NCBI GenBank assembly: GCA_963714975.1
Contig: CAVQQD010000002.1
Location: 736,001 to 800,000, forward strand
DNA from: an uncultured Gammaproteobacteria bacterium
Lineage (GTDB): Bacteria > Pseudomonadota > Gammaproteobacteria > JAURND01
Length of the DNA stretch: 64,000 nucleotides
Reading direction: 5' to 3'
Within the stretch, counting starts at the first letter, position 1; each line of letters starts with the position of its first letter. The notes under the pieces were generated by a model, which made no database searches, was not told the DNA's origin, and saw only the letters and a program-made list of their open reading frames with translations. The translations under genes were made by a program, and so were the position numbers. Positions 52,455 to 61,947 of this stretch are shown piece after piece.

Positions 52455-55027
52455 CTAGCCCCTGAGAAGCCCTTGATTAAGGAGAGGTATGGTTATGGGT
52501 ACTTCCTCTTCTTGCTGGTTTACCTGATTTGGATTAGGAACTCCATTAGAAGAAGGAAGGTCCTTATTTGTGCTTCTAAGGTGACGGCACCATAAATAAA
52601 ACGCCAGAACTGCTGCCACATTCACAACCGTAGCAGTAATAACCGGCCAATGATTCATGAACCCATCGGAAGTGCCTTGCCAAGCCTGCTTCATACCCCC
52701 CCACTTATTATTTATCCCGTAATCGACTGAATAATATAACCCAGTGCCAACTCCTCCTAGTCCTACCCCTGTCTTCACAACCGGCTTCCAATAAGCGCAA
52801 CTGGCGGTTGTCGATGGCGATGGTAGGGGTTGGTTAAAAAACGCCACAAACAGTGCGTTTAAAAACCCATCAGGTCGATTTACTCCCCGCTCACCATCCA
52901 GTTCCGTACATTCTTTAAGTAAACCCATTTTAGCTTTATGTAAATTTATAGGAGTAAAAGTTTGGTTTGTAATCTCCTTATTGAGTTCTCCACCTCCATG
53001 AAAAAATTGTGGTAGGTCACTAAGAGCAATATTAAATTTGTGCATGGCAAGCGCGGGATAGCTCTCTCTGCTAAGTACATCCAGAAAAAATAGAGCTATT
53101 TTTCCACGGCTAGAGTCCTTCCCTTCAGGGAAAAAACTATCCTTTGTGTCACTTATTTCTTGCATCAACTGTGGAAAGTTCACATTAGCAGTAGAGCGGA
53201 GGTGGTGGGTCTTAAATGCCTGAAATACATAAATCGTATCAGCGATTTGCTCGCGCATATTTTCTGCTTCTGCTTCTTGAAGTTTTTGAAGTTCTTGAAG
53301 TTCTTTTTGCGACGGACCAGAAGAACCCTTGGCATCTTCCAATGATTGAGGTAGGGGGGTAGATAAAGCAGCATACGGCGTACGCAAAATCTTATTCAAG
53401 GTACTGGAAAACTGAGTGTTAATGTTGTGTCCTGGAAATGACTATCAAAATCACTAAATATCTTAGACAAAATACCTTTAGCTGCTAGAGCTTGCTCTGG
53501 AGAAAGCGATTTATTTCCCCATAAAATAGGGAAAAAACTCAATTGTGTTACGTCATTCACTCTCGGGTGGAGCTGATTCTTAATTTTTTTGGCTGTTCCT
53601 ATAACTAGCCCTGTACCCTCGGTATTACTTAGCATTAAAATTTTCTATTGTGCGAAATTGATCCAGCAATTGTAGGGCAATGCGTTTACGTGCGTTCGCA
53701 TTTTCGGAAAAATATCCCATAGAGTTATCTGTTAGAATGAGCTGCTTAATGCTTTCAATATCATTTGTAGCACCATAGTCCGTTTGCCCGTTTATTAAGT
53801 AATAATTGGTCAATGCCTGAACAGCAGCAAGCACATCGGTGATTTTAATACGTTCCTCTGGGGTGATCTCAGAGGGTTTGGAATCCTGCGGATAAAATGA
53901 CGCGTATATGTCCTCAGCAGCGGATTTTGAAGCTGACGATCGCTCAGCTTCTGACTGCCTAAGTTTCTTTAAACGGTCTACAGGCAATTTTTTTGTTAAA
54001 ATTTTTTGCAAATTCAGTACGATTTTGGCTAAATCTCTGGTCGAAAGTTTTTAGCGCCACCTCCAGCTGGATTTTCGCTTTATTCTGCTCATCCGACTCA
54101 AGTCGTTGCAGCTTATCTTCTTGACTGTATAAAGAGGTGAGAATATTAGCTGTACTAAGAGCCTTGAGAAAAATTGGTTTTTTCTAGAAGAAAATTTGTT
54201 TTACCTCCTTGAGCTGCTTTCTTAAATTCCATGAGAAATTGGATTGCAATTGCTTTAGCCACCACATTGTTATAGAAAAATTGAGGATTATCGTCATCGA
54301 CAGCTTGGATAAACCGGTCGAAGTCTGCAGGCTTTTTTTCCCCATTTAGATACTCTGCTGCTTTTAAAACCTGGATAGCATAAACTACGTCGGTAATGTT
54401 GGGAGCCTCTTCTCCTTTCTCAGCTGGGGTAAGCGTAGATTTTGGTGTTGAATCGACTTCCTCTTTGCCCTCCTTGTCGTCATTAGCAGTCGACCCCGTC
54501 CAGGAGTTTGAGGGAGAAGGATTTGATGGAGGCGCTGTTGCTTCAGGCTGTGCCGGCTGTCCCGTCAAAACGTTGTCATAAAAAGTCTCAAATTGCTGAT
54601 TACCAAGAGAGAAATCCCAGCCTTTAAACAGAGTGTCTAAAGCCTGGCCCGCTGCTGCTGCTTCGCTAGGGGAAAATTTTCTACTGGTTGTCGACCAATC
54701 GCCCAGTTTAGGAATACCACTCTTTTCGAACTGGGAATTAATATTTATACAGTCTTGTTGAATTTTCTCTGGAGTTAGTTGGCGCTGCAATTGTAATTGA
54801 TTGAGAAGTTCCAAAGCAATTTTCTTATGAACCGGGAGGTTATGATACGGAGCAAATCCTTTTTCCTGGATATCTAAAATCGTATTTTGGAGTTTTTGCT
54901 GGTCATGACTTTGGTCTAAGTGAGGTTTTAATAGCTGCATCACATAAACTAAATCAGCAACCCTAGTTATTTTCTCCGGAGTGAGCTTGGCCTCTGGTGG
55001 AGGAGTTATCTGTGTTTCTTGTGTCAT
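52455..55027 (-). pseudogene. Large repeat-containing putative effector split into four or more ORFs
   Basis: Motif (I/V)xD...Q.(L/F)...(K/R/A)IA(L/I)..L recurs four times across ORFs 54155-55027, 53625-54011 and 52455-53399; C-terminal TM. Confidence 0.65.
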
Positions 55028-55126
55028 GTTAAACCTCTATACTTCGTTGAGTGAAACTACTCCTCGTCATCTCCCCGCACGAACATAGGGCGACGCGAGT
55101 AGAGTATGAGTAAATTTATTTTACCT

Positions 55127-55159
55127 ATCATACCAAGCAAATATGAAGGATATATTAAG
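55127..55159 (-). promoter_or_regulatory. PmrA-like box plus -10
   Basis: cTTAATATA-tc-cTTCATATT-N7-TATGAT. Confidence 0.6.
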
Positions 55160-55266
55160 GGAGTGGGGCCGTTTTTAAAATAACTCTGTAAATTAATAGG
55201 GTCCGGCCATTTGTAGTGGAGGTAATGTAGAGAAAATGTGACTATTTAGCGGATACCACAGATTTA

Positions 55267-55351
55267 AACGCGCCCGATTGTGTGCCCGACTTTTCTATCC
55301 TTTAATTGATAGAAAACTGGGCATGAGCACGGGCATGCAATCGGGCGCGTT
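55267..55351. repeat. Nested palindrome / small MITE-like hairpin
   Basis: aacgcgcccgattg..ttttctatc..gatagaaaa..caatcgggcgcgtt. Confidence 0.75.
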
Positions 55352-55521
55352 AGGGAAATCTTTACAACACTTGTTAATTTTTCTTTAAGCTAGTAAGCTG
55401 CCAGCGTGGTTGGAGGGCCTGTTTTTAGATTTGGTAACCCTGGAAATTCGCAAACTAGCCAAACTGCCAACCAAAATGTATCCTTGCATGATCTCAGCCT
55501 ATAAGCAATCTAGACTAAAAT

Positions 55522-56703
55522 ATGGAATTTCCAAGAGAACCCAAAAAAAAGAAAGTAAAACTACCTAAAAATTCAGTTGATGTTTTGGATGAACGCTTGC
55601 GCGCGTATACCGACGCACTTTTTACCTTGAGTCAAGCGTATTACGATTTTTCATCCATGGCAAAAAACTCCAATGCTCAAGTGCAATCGATACTGGAAAT
55701 TAAACCAGAAATTTTACCGCCTGAATTATTAGAGTCTGGTGAAAAATGGTTGAAGAAATTCATCTGTGATCAGGCCCAGGAACTTGAATATAAATTAACT
55801 GAATCAAATTTGGCAGAGAAAGTTTTGGAGTTTAAATTATTACACATGGCTCTTGATCTTCATGGGATGAAAAAGCAGGCGGGAGATGATTTTTCATCTG
55901 CCTTAAATAAAGCATATTCGTTACAAGCGGATAATGGAGTAGAAGCACTAAGCCAGACAAAATCGCGGGTAGAGTTTCTGTTAAAATACTGGATAAATTT
56001 ACCCAATAACCAAAAGGATTCTATTGCAAGGGAGAAGGCTAATGATTCTATTAAATATTTAGAAAGACAAATATCTAAAGCTAAAACTAATTTGGCAGAA
56101 AGTGGTTCAACCCAAATTGATCGTTCGAGTAATTATGAAGATAATCGAAGGAGAGGGAGGGTGGGAAAATCAGCTAAAATTCCATCTTCTAATTCTCCTT
56201 CTTCTAGCAGCATGAGTCCTCATTTTACAAATTCTAGTTCTTCTTATTTGAGATTCATGACAGGGGATTTAAAAAGATCAGATTCCGAGAAACCGCAGTT
56301 ACCATTAAATAATCCAACATCTTTTGGGATAAATAACAGTTTCGACTTGACGAGCAACACATTGCTGGAAAATAAATATGAGCAAAATGATGAGGACGAC
56401 GGGTATGATGCTGATGATGAGGAAGCAGATTTGGAAAAATCAGTAATAGAGCTTTCATTGGGCCTTGATCCGTCAAACGAAAAGGAGCAATCCGTAACTG
56501 CGTCTGCAAGCGGTTCATTTATCGCTGTTAATTTTGAGCAGACTGCTAGTTCTATGGTTACAGTCAATGCCAGTACACGTAGTAGATCAAATGCAACACC
56601 TGCAGGTAGCACTTTTAGATTTGTGGGTGGTAATTTTCCCAGAAATTCAAAAACTAACGAAAATGCCCGCTCAGATGCGGATTTGGATAATCTCAGCCCC
56701 TAA
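55522..56703 (+). CDS. Hypothetical protein with an NLS-like N-terminus and Ser/acidic low-complexity C-half
   Basis: 393-aa ORF; PKKKKVK at residues 7-13; EDDGYDADDEE tract. Confidence 0.7.
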   Translation: MEFPREPKKKKVKLPKNSVDVLDERLRAYTDALFTLSQAYYDFSSMAKNSNAQVQSILEIKPEILPPELLESGEKWLKKFICDQAQELEYKLTESNLAEKVLEFKLLHMALDLHGMKKQAGDDFSSALNKAYSLQADNGVEALSQTKSRVEFLLKYWINLPNNQKDSIAREKANDSIKYLERQISKAKTNLAESGSTQIDRSSNYEDNRRRGRVGKSAKIPSSNSPSSSSMSPHFTNSSSSYLRFMTGDLKRSDSEKPQLPLNNPTSFGINNSFDLTSNTLLENKYEQNDEDDGYDADDEEADLEKSVIELSLGLDPSNEKEQSVTASASGSFIAVNFEQTASSMVTVNASTRSRSNATPAGSTFRFVGGNFPRNSKTNENARSDADLDNLSP

Positions 56704-56802
56704 TAACCGTCGATGGCGTATGGATATGGTGCGTACTGGAGCCTCCCTAGGTATTATCGGTAAATCTCTTAGGTTCTATGAAGTTTTGAGTGGGTAATAT
56801 AT

Positions 56803-56821
56803 CCTTCTCCCCTTGTGGGAG
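56803..56821 (+). repeat. Truncated REP family A, cut at the cassette end
   Basis: ccttctccccttgtgggag followed directly by ctatccgatgcacaca. Confidence 0.85.
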
Positions 56822-56846
56822 CTATCCGATGCACACAAATTCGGTT

Positions 56847-56902
56847 AGCAATTCCCGCTGAAGCCTTGCTCCCCGACGGGTCCTGCCGCAGCGGCAGGAC
56901 CC
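56847..56902 (+). repeat. Palindromic element family B (partial)
   Basis: agcaattcccgctgaagccttgctccccgacgggtcctgccgcagcggcaggaccc. Confidence 0.82.
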
Positions 56903-58531
56903 GAGGTTAATGGATTAACAGTGCATCACCTTCATGTTCTATCAAATCATCTAAAATCTCTTTCTGTATTTTTGTGCTACGATTCCTATAATGTATAGCA
57001 CATGCAAATAATAATAGGCTTAATCCGAGCAATATAGTCGCCGAAATGTTAAATTGCGCAAAGGGGTCATTGATGTTGAATGAAGGAGGTGACGATGATA
57101 GATCTTGGCCCATATTCCATGAATATATTATTAAAGTTCCGCTTGCAGTCAAAGTCGTTATTCCGAAAAAGACACTTCGAACTTTGTATGATTTTTGAGC
57201 ACTGAAATCCATAGCAATTTTTTCTAAGCCCAAAAATTTTATTATCTTCGATTCTTGTTCAGTCATTTCTTGTTTTGTTTGTGAAGAATCATGAACTCCA
57301 TGGGTTCTCCAGGTTCTTTTTACAAAATTTCTGAAATAAGTGTCAACAGGAGTTGGTGGTGTGTCCGTATTTTTTTGGTTCAGATTAAAGTCTGACTTTT
57401 TTGTTTCTAATATGTCGCTAGCAATGGCTCGATGACTGTCATACTGTGCCAATTTATTCTCTTGATTAGTCTCTACTGAAAAATAATTACGTAGCCGATA
57501 ATCTTCCTTAGGGCTATGACAATCTATGAGATTCACACCTTCTTCTGTAATTCCTTGCTTATCACTGTTTATATATTGGAACCTTTCTGCTTTAGGAGCT
57601 TGCATTTTTCTATTTTTTAAGTGGTTTTTAGCTTCTATCAAAAAATTTTTAGCAAATTCTAATTTTGATAGGTTTTGTGATGTATTTTTTCCAATTTTTT
57701 CTTCTGATACTGCAATTTTAGAATTTATTTCAGTAATCCAGTGATTAATTACAGCCTTGTATTTTTTTCTTTTATCCTTCAGCGCCGCATGTATGGAAGC
57801 ATAATGCACAACAACTCCATCATCCTGATGATCGTCCGTTCGATCCTGGTATTTAGTTCGTACGACTAAATAATCTTTATAAGCTAAGGGGATAGCTCGA
57901 AAGGCTTTACCGGAATTGAACTCCCATTTAACTAAGCTCACACCGAATTTCACAAAGGGTTTTGCCAGGTAACCGAGTAATTTACCGCCCCAAGTTTCTT
58001 TATGACCAATGCGCGGATGACCCCAAGCTTCAGGATGTTTGGTAGCGCGAATATTCCCCACGATATAATTGGTAATGGAAGAAAAAGATCGATCATTAAA
58101 TATATTAATGGGTTGGCCATGTTGATGAAAATGATGAGCAACTAAAGTTGCTATGGCTCCTCCTAATGAATGGCCTTTTAAGATAATATTTTGGGGAGAG
58201 ACACCTTCTTGGAGTAAACGCTGGACTTGAGCAATACCATCTGTGATTAAATCCTCTTTTGATCTTGGACTCCGTTTGCTCTTTATAACCCCTCGGTAAT
58301 TAAAACCAATCACATTACATTTTAATTCGTTAGCGTCATTCCTCATTGTATTTTGAATTTCTTCATAGCACATTTCGTTGCCGACAAAATTAATAATGTA
58401 TTTTTGGTTAATTATCGGCAAATTTTCTGGTGATTTATAGCTAAGTTCTAAGGTATCTAATTCAGCTTGATCGTGGGTGATTACTGTATATCGTTTCGCC
58501 GTTATAGAAGGAGAATTAGATAAATCTAGAT

Positions 58532-60081
58532 CAATGGCACTACCTTAAGCCACAGAATATTTTAAAATCCTTTTATTTATTTTACGTAGCAATTTTTCTT
58601 TTTCGATTGCTCTGTTTCTCTTCAAGGCTGGAAATGGTTTCGGTCTTTGCTTGACTAGCCTGGGCTCCACCCTATCTGGTCTATTTCCAACTTTGTTTTG
58701 CACAATTAATTTTAACATCTCAATATACATTTTATGGTTGCTCACCTGATTTGAGCTTATAAAATAAGGAATAAATTCATTTAGTAGCTGCACACTTCCC
58801 TTAAAGCTTATTTCCCATGGATTAACGCCATACTCATAACAAGCTTTTGCTATAATTATTCTGATAAAATTATATGCTAATAAATGAATTCCTATTTCTT
58901 TTCTAACCATTTCTGGTGTTTTGCACGATAACATATCCATATTCATGATACTTTTAATACTTCGCAAATTAAGCTCCACCTCCCACCTTCGCTTATATAT
59001 TTGGGCAAGCTCTGCTTTGTGGTATTTTTTGTCTAAAAATGTTGTAACGTATATGTGGCCTGATACTTTAAATTCCCGTATGGAAATTTGATCGGGGTAT
59101 GCCTCATATTGCTTTTGTGTCATCCATTCCGGTTTCTGTGGTTTCTCCCAGTTGACAATGTGATCATTTTTACCCAATTTTTGTCCCATTCTAAAATCAT
59201 AATTCCTTTGACTTTGTCCGCGAAAAACACCATCAGCTCCTATTTTTTTTAAGTCCGCCATAAGAAAAAAATTGGGGTAATAACGGTCACCCAGCACAAT
59301 ATCGTCGGCTTTAATGCAGTTTATAATTTCTCTTAATAATGAGATTTCTCCTGTGCCCTTTCCTTTGTGAGCCCCTATTGCATAATCTATTACGGTTCCC
59401 CGCGTCAGTGACATAACGGCTACTATTCGCGCCATAGGAAATCCAGCCCCTTTTTTCTGATTACCATGCTGAGGAAATTTTTTTTGATTAGCTTTTGTAT
59501 CCGACATTTTGACGGTAGATCCATCAAATGCTTTTAATTCTCGGCCATAGACTTTCCATCTCATTGGAATAGATTTCAAAGGGAAAGCTCCAGATTCTTT
59601 AACTAATGCCTTCACAGTATCTTCAGGCAATCGCTTTCTGGCCTTACAATAGGGGCCAGTATTTGAGCTTATTTTATTCTGCTTCTTTTTTTTACTATGC
59701 AGCTGCTCCACAACAACACCAGCAACCGCTTTTTTGCAGGATTTATCTGGATTTAAAACTTGTTTAATAAACGTAAATAAGGTTTTGGTGGGGCTATATA
59801 TCCGGTCACGATATTCCCGGCACTCTCTAAGTATCTTCTGACATTTTTCTGAATTCAATAGGTTTAACAGGAAAATGTCTGGTGCACCATCAGCCAATTC
59901 TTGTCTTTTATTTTTAACTTGCTTAATTTTATTTTTCTTTTTAAAATTCACAGATCAGTTTCCTTTTTTTATTATTGTGTGTTTGCTACAACAATAATAT
60001 TAAATTTGGAAACTGATTTCATCTTTTTTCATCTAAATCATAGGCTTATATTCATCTTTGCTCCTTAAGGTAGTGCCATTG
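58532..60081 (-). mobile_element. IS4-family insertion sequence, 1550 bp
   Basis: 18-bp perfect TIR caatggcactaccttaag; 10-bp TSD aaatctagat at 58522-58531 and 60082-60091. Confidence 0.95.
58545..59951 (-). CDS. IS4-family DDE transposase
   Basis: AFDGST, GDRYY, Y..RW.VE..LR.IK (YREK motif); stop codon inside the TIR. Confidence 0.93.
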   Translation of the reverse strand: MNFKKKNKIKQVKNKRQELADGAPDIFLLNLLNSEKCQKILRECREYRDRIYSPTKTLFTFIKQVLNPDKSCKKAVAGVVVEQLHSKKKKQNKISSNTGPYCKARKRLPEDTVKALVKESGAFPLKSIPMRWKVYGRELKAFDGSTVKMSDTKANQKKFPQHGNQKKGAGFPMARIVAVMSLTRGTVIDYAIGAHKGKGTGEISLLREIINCIKADDIVLGDRYYPNFFLMADLKKIGADGVFRGQSQRNYDFRMGQKLGKNDHIVNWEKPQKPEWMTQKQYEAYPDQISIREFKVSGHIYVTTFLDKKYHKAELAQIYKRRWEVELNLRSIKSIMNMDMLSCKTPEMVRKEIGIHLLAYNFIRIIIAKACYEYGVNPWEISFKGSVQLLNEFIPYFISSNQVSNHKMYIEMLKLIVQNKVGNRPDRVEPRLVKQRPKPFPALKRNRAIEKEKLLRKINKRILKYSVA

Positions 60082-60325
60082 AAATCTAGATCAATGCTTG
60101 GGAGGCTCATCTGTTGAGCTGGTAAAACTAAAAATTTTCCTAGTAATTCTCCCAAAAACCAATTGAATAGCCACTTGAAAAAATCCCATAACAAGATGGG
60201 TGGGAACAAAATTCGCCAAAGGATAGGTTTCACCCATGTCTGTTCAGGCTTTGAAGCTGTATAGGATTTTGACTCTTGCATTTAATTCCTCACATGGAAC
60301 GCCGTCAAATTGTAGTCTTAATAAA

Positions 60326-60358
60326 ATGTTATCTGATTATTCTTAAGAGAGTATTAAC
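60326..60358 (-). promoter_or_regulatory. PmrA-like box plus -10 upstream of the SidB-like gene
   Basis: gTTAATACT-ct-cTTAAGAAT-N7-TAACAT. Confidence 0.65.
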
Positions 60359-60414
60359 GAGCCTTAAATGTGTGCATCGGATAGTTTGAAAAAAGGGGAA
60401 ATTATTTTTTATTA

Positions 60415-60447
60415 ATTCATAATTTCTTAAGAATGAATCTCTATAAT
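60415..60447 (+). promoter_or_regulatory. PmrA-like box plus -10 upstream of the porin
   Basis: aTTCATAAT-tt-cTTAAGAAT-N7-TATAAT. Confidence 0.6.
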
Positions 60448-60535
60448 TCACAAAAATTAATTAGATAAACTGGGACTTGTGCAATAGGGTGAAGGATAAA
60501 TCTATAACAAAAAAAAATTAGTAGAGAGGCGAGTT

Positions 60536-61924
60536 ATGCGATTATGGGTGCTTTCTTTAGTATGTGTTCCTTTTGTTTCTTTGGCGGCTGGTGAAGCGGA
60601 TGTTGGCGGTGGGACGGATTCAGAGGTCTTGCAACAGGAGTTGGCTGAAATCAATGCTTCAGATACTGCGGATTTTCTTAAAGATGGCAGTGTGGTTTTT
60701 CGTACCACTTGGTACAGCCGCTATCGTGAAGGCTTTCCTAGTCTGTTTTATCAATCCTCTGGCGATAAGAAATTTAATGTCTTGGGTCTGGCCTTGGATA
60801 TTAGTTCCGGTTATTTGTGGGGAATTTTAGGTTTTGATTTCAGCTTCAATAGTAATCTAAAAATAGGTCCCACTGTCGGGCAATCGGAAATATTATTTTA
60901 TGACTATGCAACCCGTCAGGAAAAGAGTGAGGCGATGATTGGTCGGGCTTCGTTGAAATTAAAATTGGGTGGTGATGATAATGGCTTCAAGGCCAATGTG
61001 GGTTATACCCCTATTGATGTTGGGACCATTGGCACTTCCAGTGGGTTGCATCCTCATGGGTATCGTGGCTTTGATGCGAAATATATTTTTCATGATTTTG
61101 AGTTAGGTTATGGCTGGGCTGATCAATTTCACAATGAGTGGACTACTGATTTTTTACCGATCACCACTTCTGAGGCGCAGAATCAACCGCCTTTTCAGAA
61201 TACTGGAAAACGCATTGATTATATCCATAGCCTAGGTGCGCGTTATAAATTTGGTCCGCAAAAATCTGGGTTTGTAGATGTGGGCGTGGGGCAGGGGAAA
61301 GATTATCGTAATAATCAACAAGTAGTGGCTGGTTACCAATTTGATCTGGCCAAGGAACGTGCTTTTAATATCACGGGCTATTATTTTCAAGGCCAATATA
61401 TTCCGGAATTATCAGGTGTTGCGAATCCAAGTAATGAATGGCACACCAGTTTTGGCGTGAATTACCACGAGGGTCCTTGGACATTTGTTGCTGGTTATGG
61501 AAAAACCCATGCTCCTGATTCTGGAGAGCTAAATTTTGCCTTGGCTGCCTATGGGAATAGCGATAGTCGTGATTTTAATCAGGTTTCTGCACAGTTAGAT
61601 GATTATATTTGGGATGGTGAGCAAGCAGTCAAGTTGGGGGTGAATTATGAGATTGGACGCTTAATTAATTTGCCAGGTTTGGTGACGGGTGTTAGTTACA
61701 ATTATGGTTGGGGTTTGATCAATCGCAATGCCAACGGTCAAGTGATTGGCAGGAGTAAGGTTTCTGAAATTGATACTAAGTTAGTTTATACCGTATCTGA
61801 AGGCGTGCTTAAGGGGGTTAGTGCTGGGGTTTATGCCGGATGGCTACGGGGAGATAATGATTTTTATGGTAAACCACCGCGTAATGATGTAAAGTTCATT
61901 CTTTCCTATGAGATTAAATTGTAA
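60536..61924 (+). CDS. Outer-membrane porin, OprD/ChiP-like
   Basis: Signal peptide, SGY..G.LGFD, amphipathic aromatic beta strands, C-terminal DVKF.LSY. Confidence 0.75.
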   Translation: MRLWVLSLVCVPFVSLAAGEADVGGGTDSEVLQQELAEINASDTADFLKDGSVVFRTTWYSRYREGFPSLFYQSSGDKKFNVLGLALDISSGYLWGILGFDFSFNSNLKIGPTVGQSEILFYDYATRQEKSEAMIGRASLKLKLGGDDNGFKANVGYTPIDVGTIGTSSGLHPHGYRGFDAKYIFHDFELGYGWADQFHNEWTTDFLPITTSEAQNQPPFQNTGKRIDYIHSLGARYKFGPQKSGFVDVGVGQGKDYRNNQQVVAGYQFDLAKERAFNITGYYFQGQYIPELSGVANPSNEWHTSFGVNYHEGPWTFVAGYGKTHAPDSGELNFALAAYGNSDSRDFNQVSAQLDDYIWDGEQAVKLGVNYEIGRLINLPGLVTGVSYNYGWGLINRNANGQVIGRSKVSEIDTKLVYTVSEGVLKGVSAGVYAGWLRGDNDFYGKPPRNDVKFILSYEIKL

Positions 61925-61947
61925 CTCACTATTGCGGATCGGCGCTC

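Larger units (their letters stand above)
56907..60281 (-). pseudogene. SidB/Sdb-like alpha/beta-hydrolase (GHSLGG) effector gene interrupted by IS4
   Basis: Removing the IS and one TSD fuses 60281.. and ..56907 in frame (..PSIDLDLSNSPSITAKRY..), about 604 aa; FNYRGV, GHSLGG, DRSFSS; C-terminal TM pair. Confidence 0.85.
56822..60384. mobile_element. Putative non-autonomous cassette bounded by Tn5/IS50-like ends
   Basis: 16-bp perfect IR ctatccgatgcacaca 56822-56837 / tgtgtgcatcggatag 60369-60384. Confidence 0.65.

Noticed and set aside
58545-59951. The IS4 transposase as the mobiliser of the outer cassette
   Set aside because: It has its own different TIRs and TSD and inserted later inside the cargo gene
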